Below, in pieces: positions 25,367 to 32,978 of a stretch of DNA of 33,043 nucleotides. Each line of letters opens with the position of its first letter. Within the stretch, counting starts at the first letter, position 1. A model generated the notes under the pieces. It was not told the DNA's origin. It ran no database searches and saw nothing but the letters and a program-made list of their open reading frames with translations. The translations under genes were made by a program, and so were the position numbers. The DNA is from an uncultured Clostridia bacterium (GTDB lineage Bacteria; Bacillota; Clostridia; Oscillospirales; QAKW01): assembly GCA_944387905.1 (NCBI GenBank), contig CALXGU010000001.1:1-33043 (forward strand). Direction: 5' to 3'.

Positions 25367-26754
25367 AAAAAATAAGTACAAAACTTAATCTTGCTATGCT
25401 GCTCGTGTCTTTTTCCGTTCTGGCATTTGTGGGAGCGGCGCTCATTTTTAATATCGTTCTCGGTTATTACCGAGATTTTGAAAACGCGATGACGCTCGTA
25501 TTTCAAAGCGAGAGATTTTACGATATCTGCCGCGATTTTGACGGGGATATACAGCCTGTCATAGATTATCTTGACGCGTCTGAAAACGTTTTGTGCCAAA
25601 ACTCTGAAAAAAATTATTATATCCTGAAGGACGGAAACATTATCAAAAGCTCGCATACCGGCGGTATCCTGAAAATGACCGATAACCTGAAACAGGTGCT
25701 GCAGGGCGGATACAGCTCTGACAGGGATATCACGTCTGACGCGCTTGATTTTGCTTTCAATATCGGAGACGGCTATACGGTATATGTCACGGATACGCGC
25801 CGTGAGCTGTTTTCACAGATACAGGATATCGCGCTGCTGTTTGCGCAGGCGCTGCTGTTGGGATTTGCTCTTGCCGCCGCGCTCGGATATATCATTTCAA
25901 AGCGGCTGACCGCATCTATAAAAAAACTGGAAAAAGGCGCAATGGATATGTCCCGCGGAAACTTTTCAGCCGTCGATATCAAAAGCCGGGACGAAATAGG
26001 CAATCTGTGCAGAGTGTTCAATGAGATGGGCAGTCAGATACAAAACGATTTTGATGAGTTTGAAAAAGCTGAGGCCGCTCAGCGCGAGTTTGTGGCAAAC
26101 GTATCACATGAGCTCAAGACTCCTCTTACTGTTATAAAAAGCTACAGTCAGACACTTCAAAAGATAAAGACAGACGAGACAACCCGAAATAAATTTTTGT
26201 CAACAATAGACAGTGAGACTGACCGCATGACGCATATCGTAAACCAGCTTCTGCATCTGTCAAAGCTCGAACAGCAGCCGGCAGTCAATGAAAATGTGGA
26301 TCTTTTTGAGCTGTGCTCCGATATAGCCGGCTCTCTCAGGATAGAGAGCGACAAAAAAGGCCTTTTTGTATATATAACAGGACAGTGCACCGTATATTCG
26401 GACAGGGAACTCATAAAGACAATAATATATAACCTTTTGTCAAACGCGATAAAATACAGCCGGCCCGGCGGAGACATAAACATAGTCGTAAAAGATACGC
26501 CTTTTGCGCAGGTGAGCGTAAAAGACAACGGCTGCGGAATATCGACTGAAGATATTCAGCATATCTTTGAGAGGTTTTACCGCGCCGACAAGGCTCGAAG
26601 CAGAAATACAGGCGGCACCGGACTGGGTCTTGCAATAGCCAAGCAGAGCGCCGATATGATAAATGCCAGGCTTACTGTCGATTCTGTACCGGGCAAGTAT
26701 TCGGAATTTACTCTTACATTCAACAGCGGGAGAAATAATACAACCGATGGATAA
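25363..26754 (+). CDS. Sensor histidine kinase (two TM segments, HAMP, HisKA, HATPase_c)
   Basis: 463 aa. H-box SHELKTPLT, N-box LLSNAIKY, G-boxes DNGCGI and GGTGLGLAI. The start overlaps the regulator stop (ATGA). Confidence 0.88.
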   Translation: MKKISTKLNLAMLLVSFSVLAFVGAALIFNIVLGYYRDFENAMTLVFQSERFYDICRDFDGDIQPVIDYLDASENVLCQNSEKNYYILKDGNIIKSSHTGGILKMTDNLKQVLQGGYSSDRDITSDALDFAFNIGDGYTVYVTDTRRELFSQIQDIALLFAQALLLGFALAAALGYIISKRLTASIKKLEKGAMDMSRGNFSAVDIKSRDEIGNLCRVFNEMGSQIQNDFDEFEKAEAAQREFVANVSHELKTPLTVIKSYSQTLQKIKTDETTRNKFLSTIDSETDRMTHIVNQLLHLSKLEQQPAVNENVDLFELCSDIAGSLRIESDKKGLFVYITGQCTVYSDRELIKTIIYNLLSNAIKYSRPGGDINIVVKDTPFAQVSVKDNGCGISTEDIQHIFERFYRADKARSRNTGGTGLGLAIAKQSADMINARLTVDSVPGKYSEFTLTFNSGRNNTTDG

Positions 26755-27220
26755 AAATATAACCTGCTTTTTTACGGGTCACAGAAACATACCGCATAAC
26801 AAAATCGAAAGAATAACCGCACAGGTCGAACGCGCTGTAAGAGTGCTGTACAGCCGAGGCTACAGAAGCTTTATCTGCGGCGGCGCTGTAGGCTTTGATC
26901 AGCTGTGCGCCGAGCTGATACTGCGCCTTAAATCCGAACTCAAAGATATTGAACTGCGCCTGATCCTGCCATGTCTGGATCAGGATAAATTCTTTACCGA
27001 AAAACAAAAGGAAAGCTACAGGAAAATACGCGCAGCCGCTGACAAGATCGACGTTCTGTATGAAAATTATACCCGCTCCTGCATGCTTGAACGCAACCGC
27101 AGAATGGCTGATGAAAGCTCGGTTTGCGTGGCATACTGTATAAAAGCTACGGGCGGCTCCGCCTATACGATCAGATACGCCGCAAAAAAACATATACTCA
27201 CATACCGGGTAGGACTGTGA
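26747..27220 (+). CDS. SLOG-family / DUF1273 (YpsA-like) protein
   Basis: 157 aa. ITCFFTGHRNIP...SFICGGAVGFDQLCAELIL is the YpsA/DUF1273 pattern. The ATG at 26747 overlaps the last codons of the kinase gene. The track ORF start at 26663 is an upstream extension. Confidence 0.7.
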   Translation: MDKNITCFFTGHRNIPHNKIERITAQVERAVRVLYSRGYRSFICGGAVGFDQLCAELILRLKSELKDIELRLILPCLDQDKFFTEKQKESYRKIRAAADKIDVLYENYTRSCMLERNRRMADESSVCVAYCIKATGGSAYTIRYAAKKHILTYRVGL

Positions 27221-27262
27221 CCGGTATTTTTGCCGGTTTCGGTACTCTGTGATTATATTCAG

Positions 27263-27305
27263 CTGAGACAAAAATCGATATGTTGATTTTTGTCTCAGTT
27301 TGTTG
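27263..27305 (+). terminator. Intrinsic terminator after the two-component/SLOG operon
   Basis: CTGAGACAAAAATC-gatatgtt-GATTTTTGTCTCAG is a perfect 14-bp stem followed by TTTGTTG. Confidence 0.7.
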
Positions 27306-27311
27306 TATAAT
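27283..27311 (+). promoter_or_regulatory. Candidate guaA promoter
   Basis: -35 TTGATT at 27283-27288, 17-nt spacer, consensus -10 TATAAT at 27306-27311. The -35 lies inside the preceding terminator's 3' arm. Confidence 0.45.
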
Positions 27312-27364
27312 TTATGTTGTTACAGTATTTAAGATAAATTTATATTGAGTTTGGAGGATAAAAA

Positions 27365-28345
27365 ATGGACAGCAACAAACGCCCTGAAAATATGGCAAGA
27401 ATAGACAGCATAGAGCTTGCTCAAAAGTTTATTTCGGAACAGACAGAACAGCTTTGCAATCAGGTCAAGGATAAAAAGGTTTTGCTCGCTCTGTCGGGAG
27501 GAGTTGACTCCTCCGTCGTGGCCGCACTGCTTATAAAAGCGATAGGCAAACAACTTGTATGCGTACATGTCAACCACGGTCTGCTCAGACAAGACGAGCC
27601 GGAACAGGTGATACGCGTTTTCAGGGATCAGATGGATGCCAACCTTATATATGTCGACGCCGTGGACCGATTTTTGAATAAGCTGGCAGGCGTGTCCGAT
27701 CCGGAACAGAAACGCAAGATAATAGGCGCTGAGTTTATCCGTGTATTTGAGGAAGAGGCAAGAAAGCTTGAGGGAATAGAGTTTCTTGCCCAGGGTACGA
27801 TATATCCGGATATACTTGAAAGCGACGGCGTAAAAGCGCATCATAATGTGGGAGGTCTGCCGGACGATCTGAAATTCAGTCTTGTCGAGCCGTTAAAGCT
27901 GTTGTTTAAAGATGAGGTACGGGTTGTAGGCAAGGCTTTAGGTCTTCCTGATTCTATGGTATACCGTCAGCCGTTCCCCGGTCCCGGACTGGGTGTGAGA
28001 TGTCTGGGCGCGATTACCAGAGACCGCCTTGAAGCAGTCCGCAAGTCTGACGCTATACTGCGAAAGGAGTTTGCGAAAAACGGTCTGGAAGGAAAAGTTT
28101 GGCAGTATTTTACCGTAGTGCCGGATTTTAAGTCTGTAGGTGTCAAAGACGGAAAACGCACATTCGCATATCCGGTCATAATACGCGCGGTCAATACTGT
28201 TGATGCCATGACCGCAACGGTTGAAAATATACCTTTTGATCTTCTCATGCATATTACAAACAGGATAACCTCTGAGGTGGAAAACGTCAACAGAGTCATG
28301 TATGATCTGACGCCTAAGCCCTGCGCCACTATAGAGTGGGAATAA
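27365..28345 (+). CDS. guaA: GMP synthase, ATP-pyrophosphatase plus dimerisation domains only (no glutamine amidotransferase domain)
   Basis: 326 aa. PP-loop SGGVDSSV, KRKIIG, AQGTIYPDILES, HHNVGGLP, FPGPGLGVR and C-terminus PKPCATIEWE are colinear with E. coli GuaA from roughly residue 200 to the end. SD GGAGGA lies upstream. Confidence 0.88.
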   Translation: MDSNKRPENMARIDSIELAQKFISEQTEQLCNQVKDKKVLLALSGGVDSSVVAALLIKAIGKQLVCVHVNHGLLRQDEPEQVIRVFRDQMDANLIYVDAVDRFLNKLAGVSDPEQKRKIIGAEFIRVFEEEARKLEGIEFLAQGTIYPDILESDGVKAHHNVGGLPDDLKFSLVEPLKLLFKDEVRVVGKALGLPDSMVYRQPFPGPGLGVRCLGAITRDRLEAVRKSDAILRKEFAKNGLEGKVWQYFTVVPDFKSVGVKDGKRTFAYPVIIRAVNTVDAMTATVENIPFDLLMHITNRITSEVENVNRVMYDLTPKPCATIEWE

Positions 28346-28404
28346 ATTGAAAAAGTCTGAAAACCCAGTAATAATGCGGGTTTGCGGCGTTCGAGCAAGT
28401 CTTT

Positions 28405-28423
28405 TGATAACAAATTGATAACA
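28405..28423 (+). repeat. 19-nt repeat TGATAACAAATTGATAACA (itself a TGATAACA doublet), copy 1
   Basis: 18/19 identical to 30418-30436 in direct orientation. Confidence 0.8.
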
Positions 28424-28501
28424 GTTGCATAAGAGCCATTATTCTTGTAATCCAGTGGTTTTATGGTTAGAGAATGATTGACAGGCGGTTGTGTAACAAA
28501 G

Positions 28502-28699
28502 CGTTCAGAGCCATACTCGGAAATATTGCATATTTCCTCGTTGTGGCGTATCCGCCAAATGAATGTATGCAAATATATGTTTATGAGTGCAAGCACTCAA
28601 CACATATATTCGCAACATTCGCTTGGCTCTGAACGAATCCATATTATAAACTAAGCCCTTAGCTGTGAGTATGAAACTCATGGCTAAGGGCTTTTTGTC
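28502..28699 (+). ncRNA. Candidate structured RNA (multi-branch fold plus own terminator) or oriT-like structured DNA; class unknown
   Basis: A 12-bp closing helix pairs 28502-28513 with 28624-28635. It encloses hairpins at 28519-28537 (8 bp), 28545-28556 (4 bp) and 28568-28614 (13 bp with one mismatch plus an inner 5-bp stem). A strong terminator follows. No plus-strand gene lies downstream. Confidence 0.3.
28653..28699 (+). terminator. Strong plus-strand intrinsic terminator with no protein gene upstream of it other than the distant guaA
   Basis: AAGCCCTTAGC (28653-28663) pairs with GCTAAGGGCTT (28683-28693), with an inner TGAGT/ACTCA extension, followed by TTTTTG. Confidence 0.75.
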
Positions 28700-28703
28700 G
28701 TCT

Positions 28704-29009
28704 TTATTTATCTGGTTTGAGTTGATCTTTGAACATTTCAACTAAAGCGTCACTAAGTTCCTGTGATGGCACTTTCGCCCATCTCTGTGTGGTATCGAAC
28801 TTTGGATAGTGGTAACGCCAGTTATCGTATTCTTCTTTACTGATTTCTTCGGAAGATAACTTGTCCGCCTGTTCTTTCCAAGCGTAGAGCATTTTCAGTA
28901 GTTCGTGAGCGTCTTTTCCTTTGTCCTTGCTGACTTTCAGGCAGACTTCTCCGTCTGCTTCGCTGACAGTCAGACCGTATAAATCTTCAAGGGTAAACAA
29001 AGTGTGCAT
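28704..29009 (-). CDS. Hypothetical protein (101 aa), mobile-element-associated context
   Basis: Intact ORF with plausible protein-like composition (…EEYDNWRYHYPKFDTTQRWAKVPSQELSDAL…). No SD or promoter space lies upstream because it abuts the tnpV fragment. I do not recognise a family. Confidence 0.45.
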   Translation of the reverse strand: MHTLFTLEDLYGLTVSEADGEVCLKVSKDKGKDAHELLKMLYAWKEQADKLSSEEISKEEYDNWRYHYPKFDTTQRWAKVPSQELSDALVEMFKDQLKPDK

Positions 29010-29013
29010 CAGT

Positions 29014-29238
29014 CCGATATATCTGAATCTGCTTACAAGTGGAAGGTTGAAAGATTATTTAGTGGATATAGAAGAACAGGCACAGGAACGCTTTGAAAGG
29101 ATTGTAGAGCAGATGAAACCGGCACATGGGATTACAGAACAGTTAAAGGAAGAAAATCAGATGGAATGGGTAGCGAGAATGAACAATATACAATCGTGTG
29201 CAAGGGAGATTGTGGATAAAGAAATGATTTATCAATAA
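29014..29238 (+). pseudogene. tnpV: 5'-truncated tnpV-like gene (transposon-encoded TnpV family)
   Basis: YLNLLTSGRLKDYLVDIEEQAQERFERIVEQMKPAHGITEQLKEENQMEWVARMNNIQSCAREIV matches, from memory, the C-terminal two thirds of TnpV proteins of clostridial and enterococcal transposons. The N-terminal ~50 aa are missing. Confidence 0.7.
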
Positions 29239-29364
29239 GGAAAGTGATATGGTGGAAAGCAAGTCTGAAAATAGCTTGCTTTTTACTTTACAATGTAGGT
29301 GGCTGACGTATATAATTACGATAAAGAGATAAATCTGAATTTGACAATACATTTGGAGGAAGTT

Positions 29365-30234
29365 ATGTATCAAGGAAAACTACGAATTACAAATATTTTA
29401 ATGCTTACACTGGCAGGTATTGTAAATGCTTTTGGTATCACTATTTTTTTAATGCCTGTAAATCTATATGATAGTGGCATTTCCGGAACGTCAATGCTCT
29501 TAGACAAATTAACACCGCAGTGTTTGACGCTGTCCATTTTCCTTGTTGTACTGAATATCCCTTTGTTTTTGTTTGGGTTAAAAAAGCAAGGATGGGTATT
29601 TACGGTATATGCTATCTATGCAGTTTGCATTTACTCCGTATGTGCTTGGTTAATAACTGATGTGCTTCCGATTGATGTAAGCTTCGCCTCTCCGTTAGCT
29701 GGAACGGATTTGCTTCTTTGTGCTCTGTTTGGGGGTGTAATTTCTGGTGTTGGAAGTGGTATAGCAATTCGTTATGGCGGAGCCATGGATGGTATCGAAG
29801 TAATGGCAGTGATTTTTGCAAAACGTCTTGGTATTACAGTAGGTACTTTTGTAATGATATACAATGTGTTACTTTATGTTGTGTGCGGTGTAGTGCTTAA
29901 CAGTTGGATTTTGCCACTATATTCCATTGTTACGTATGCAGCAGCATTAAAAACTATTGATTTTATTGTGGATGGTCTTGATAGGGCAAAATGTGCAGTT
30001 ATTATTACGGAACATCCACAAGAGATTTGTGAGAAACTATGTGAAATGTTTGGAAGCGGTATCACCTATTTGGAGGCAAAAGGCGGCTATTCCAACAAAG
30101 AAAAATCTATGATTTATTTTGTTGTCAATCGTTATCAGATTGTAAGATTGAAAGAAACCGTGCATGATATTGACCCTCTTGCGTATATAACAATTAGCGA
30201 AGTTGCAGATGTATTTCCAAGTAATAACAAGTAA
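29365..30234 (+). CDS. YitT-family membrane protein (DUF161 membrane domain plus C-terminal DUF2179)
   Basis: 289 aa from the ATG at 29365, preceded by GGAGGA. Multiple TM segments and a C-terminal soluble domain (...ITYLEAKGGYSNKEKSMIYFVVNRYQIVRLKETVHDIDPLAYITISEV). The track ORF start at 29299 is an upstream extension. Confidence 0.8.
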   Translation: MYQGKLRITNILMLTLAGIVNAFGITIFLMPVNLYDSGISGTSMLLDKLTPQCLTLSIFLVVLNIPLFLFGLKKQGWVFTVYAIYAVCIYSVCAWLITDVLPIDVSFASPLAGTDLLLCALFGGVISGVGSGIAIRYGGAMDGIEVMAVIFAKRLGITVGTFVMIYNVLLYVVCGVVLNSWILPLYSIVTYAAALKTIDFIVDGLDRAKCAVIITEHPQEICEKLCEMFGSGITYLEAKGGYSNKEKSMIYFVVNRYQIVRLKETVHDIDPLAYITISEVADVFPSNNK

Positions 30235-30405
30235 CTGAATAAAAAGTTGTTGCACACAGACAACTTTCAGTTTGTAGAGGAGAAGAGGGATAATGAAAGA
30301 TAAAAGTATTTTAATTAGTGAGAGGATTTACTGTTGATTTTCTAAGCAAAACCGCTTATAATTTGAGACGGAATATATTGCTATTATCCACAGTTGTAGA
30401 GCGAC

Positions 30406-30436
30406 TGTTATCAATCCTGATAACAAACTGATAACA
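30406..30436 (+). repeat. Inverted half-site TGTTATCA plus 19-nt repeat TGATAACAAACTGATAACA, copy 2
   Basis: 30418-30436 is 18/19 identical to 28405-28423. 30406-30413 is the reverse complement of the TGATAACA half-site. Confidence 0.8.
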
Positions 30437-30659
30437 TTAGTTCATATAGGCAGGATAATATGGATAAATCAAATAATCAAAAGAAATAGGAACACGACAA
30501 CAAATAATATCTAAACAAAATTGATTAGTAATTGTCGAGTGGGAATAAAGGTCAAGCTTTGCAGATACAGCATCTAATACTTTCTCTGCAGATAATGAAA
30601 AATATTTATGCCTATACAACTCATATTATTAATTCAAATTCATCCATTTATAAAATTTA

Positions 30660-30704
30660 AACCGAGTTCGGCTCTATAAATGAGTCGCACTCGGTTCTTT
30701 TTTA
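30660..30704 (+). terminator. Hairpin plus T-run just outside the 3' end of mcrC; better oriented for the plus strand
   Basis: AACCGAGT (30660-30667) pairs with ACTCGGTT (30689-30696) around a 21-nt loop, then CTTTTTTAC. The minus-strand flank is only A/T-rich. Confidence 0.45.
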
Positions 30705-30716
30705 CATTCTGCTCTT

Positions 30717-31769
30717 TTATTCGACAAGCAGAGGATCTGCAATTTTTGATAACTGCAATTTTATAGTGTCAAAATCGCAATTTAAATCAAGTGTTTTAAC
30801 ACTTATTTTATTGCCGCTCATCATATATTCATTATCAGGCTGTACTGATTCATCTGTGCGAGCATACAAAAGCAGTCCTGATACTTTTCCGCTGTTTTCT
30901 GTATCTTTGTTTTTTACATAAGTGAATATTTGATATAAGTTATGGGAATGAAGCGTTTGACTGTTGTATTGTGTAATGGTCTGCATCGTATGCGTATAAT
31001 ATTTGGCATCGATAATAAGCGTTTTTCCTTTATACGATAGCATAATATCAGTTTGCATTATCGGAAGCAATGTCGTTATGCCATCATCCGTTTGCCAGTC
31101 TATTTGTGATGCGTTTGCTGTTATCATCGGATATTCTTTACGATAATATTCAAGTATAAACCTTTCATACAAATGGCTCATTCTTTGATCATCAACAAAT
31201 TCCGCCAACTTATATTCACCTTGCTCTGTCGTCAGTAATAAACCTGAAAGCACGAACTGACAAATACTCAAAAGCATTCTGTAAGTCTGATTGTTTTTTG
31301 TAAAAAGAATCATATTCCAACGAATTAACATAGGATCGATTTCTGATACTCCTTCAAAAAACAACATTTCTTTTTTCAAAATATCCTTATACTCACTTTT
31401 GACTGCCGTTTTCCTTATTAGTAGCTGCGTTGTGGTTTTGATGATTTGATTGTATATGCTGTCTTCTGAAAGCTCGTCAAAGTTGCAAGAAAGCCGCTGC
31501 TGTTTTTGCAATCGGTTTACGATTGTACCCTGAATATCTAATTTGCCGCGCATAACAGTCAGGTTTTCATTCTTTTCAATATACTCGCGATGCAGACCTT
31601 GCTTCAACTGCTGTGCTATACCTTTTGATAAAATTGCGGCAAATAAATCGTGGATATTTTCAAATTTTTCAGAAGCAATTTCATCGTAATTTGATTGATT
31701 CAGCACTTGAAAAGCATAGGTGAGCATATAGTATATATTTTTTATTACTATGCTTTTATCTTTCGTCAT
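30717..31769 (-). CDS. mcrC: McrBC restriction system subunit McrC
   Basis: 351 aa from the ATG at 31769. N-terminus IKNIYYMLTYAF... and the C-terminal PD-(D/E)xK-like region (...LIIDAKYY...) are typical of McrC. The start overlaps the end of the mcrB remnant. Confidence 0.85.
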   Translation of the reverse strand: MTKDKSIVIKNIYYMLTYAFQVLNQSNYDEIASEKFENIHDLFAAILSKGIAQQLKQGLHREYIEKNENLTVMRGKLDIQGTIVNRLQKQQRLSCNFDELSEDSIYNQIIKTTTQLLIRKTAVKSEYKDILKKEMLFFEGVSEIDPMLIRWNMILFTKNNQTYRMLLSICQFVLSGLLLTTEQGEYKLAEFVDDQRMSHLYERFILEYYRKEYPMITANASQIDWQTDDGITTLLPIMQTDIMLSYKGKTLIIDAKYYTHTMQTITQYNSQTLHSHNLYQIFTYVKNKDTENSGKVSGLLLYARTDESVQPDNEYMMSGNKISVKTLDLNCDFDTIKLQLSKIADPLLVE

Positions 31770-32978
31770 CGCAAGCACCACGCAGCAAATTTGCCCAATG
31801 CTGAACTTTTTGAGGATCGTCAAACCAGTATTCATTCAACATAGGAATAATATCATAATTTATGACGTGATTTAACCAATTATCATTATCATGCTGACCG
31901 CAAAAATAGCTATGGCCTATGCAGAAACCTTTCCCTAATGATTTATCGGCAGCAATAGTCCTGTTCAATTCAGTAATAAGCTCAATAACAGAATCCAAAA
32001 TTTCACTATGACATCCTTTTTGATATCTCCTGAATACCTCAGAGTTGAAACCGGGTTCCATATCAACAAAACTGAATCTTCTGCGCAAAGCATAATCAAT
32101 CATAGCAAGACTTCTGTCGGCAGTATTCATCAATCCGATGAGCCAATTCATTCCTCAGCTTCCATACCCAATCGCCTTCCGTATTTGTATCGGCATTACG
32201 GCCCAGATATAAAACAGGCCACCACTTTGAGTTTTCTGAAGCTGGCGGCATAAGAGGGCAGTTCGTTTTTTCTGCTACTCTTTTAGCTAATTGAGTTGAT
32301 CCCATATTATAAAATTGTGAGGGTTCTCCGTATTTTACTGAAAGCTGTTTACAAGTAGCGGCTCCGCCGTAATCATAAAAGCTTTTCATGATTTTAAGAC
32401 CGGTTTCATTGAAAACTGAGGTATCGTTTAACAATGCAGTCCAATCCTCAGCAGATAAACCGGGCGTATAATCAGCAGGAAACCAATTGACGTCAGTTTG
32501 TTTTGCCTTCTGTGAATAAAATCTGCTAATATAAAAGCCGATATCAACGGTAAGTGTTTTGAAAGCGGAATCAGGATAACAGTTTTCATTCAACGATGAT
32601 TTAAGCATATCAATCAGTTCGCCATCCAAAGCTATACTGTCGCAAATTTCATTATATAAATCAAAGCTACCGATAATGTTTTCAGTATTATAACCTTTTT
32701 TCGGCACAAAATCACTTTCCAGCTGCTTGGCGACAGCACGAACTTCGGAATATTTATATATAATACTTGTCGGGATAGCGCAGCCATAAATATGTACTGA
32801 TAGAATTAGCGTTCTGATAATGTTGTTTCCACTCATCATTGCTGTATTGGGAGCGCATTTTTTCTGATTGGATCTGAAAAGAATCAAATCTATCACTTAA
32901 ATTTTTCGTTTCATCGAAAAGATCGATAAACATCATACGAGTCGCTTCCGGATCAGCTTCTGCAAATTGCTTTATCAT
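31756..32978 (-). pseudogene. mcrB: mcrB-like GTPase gene, inactivated by an internal deletion of the P-loop core and by a frameshift
   Basis: Three ORF pieces: 32978-32754, 32896-32096 and 32151-31756. The last carries NWLIGLMNTADRSLAMIDYALRRRFSFV (McrB NTADRS/RRRF motifs). No Walker A or B exists anywhere. The N-terminal-domain sequence ...GDWVWKLRNEL runs directly into the NTADRS segment. Confidence 0.75.

Noticed and set aside
27221-27364. Possible purine riboswitch in the guaA leader
   Set aside because: I could not find the conserved purine-riboswitch core (three-way junction with the U-rich/C-rich loop-loop motifs). The leader is short, AT-rich and explained by the terminator plus promoter.
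27967-28596. 209-aa minus-strand ORF overlapping the 3' part of guaA and the intergenic region
   Set aside because: It is antisense to a strongly supported guaA, has no recognisable motifs, and crosses the compositional boundary and the structured region.
30384-30392. Perfect DnaA-box consensus TTATCCACA
   Set aside because: It is a single isolated copy. One chance occurrence of a 9-mer on either strand of 33 kb is not improbable, and there is no cluster or adjacent AT-rich unwinding element pattern.
31770-31835. 22-codon N-terminal extension of mcrC in the ORF track
   Set aside because: It lies inside the mcrB remnant's last codons. The ATG at 31769 gives the usual stop/start overlap and the conserved McrC N-terminus.
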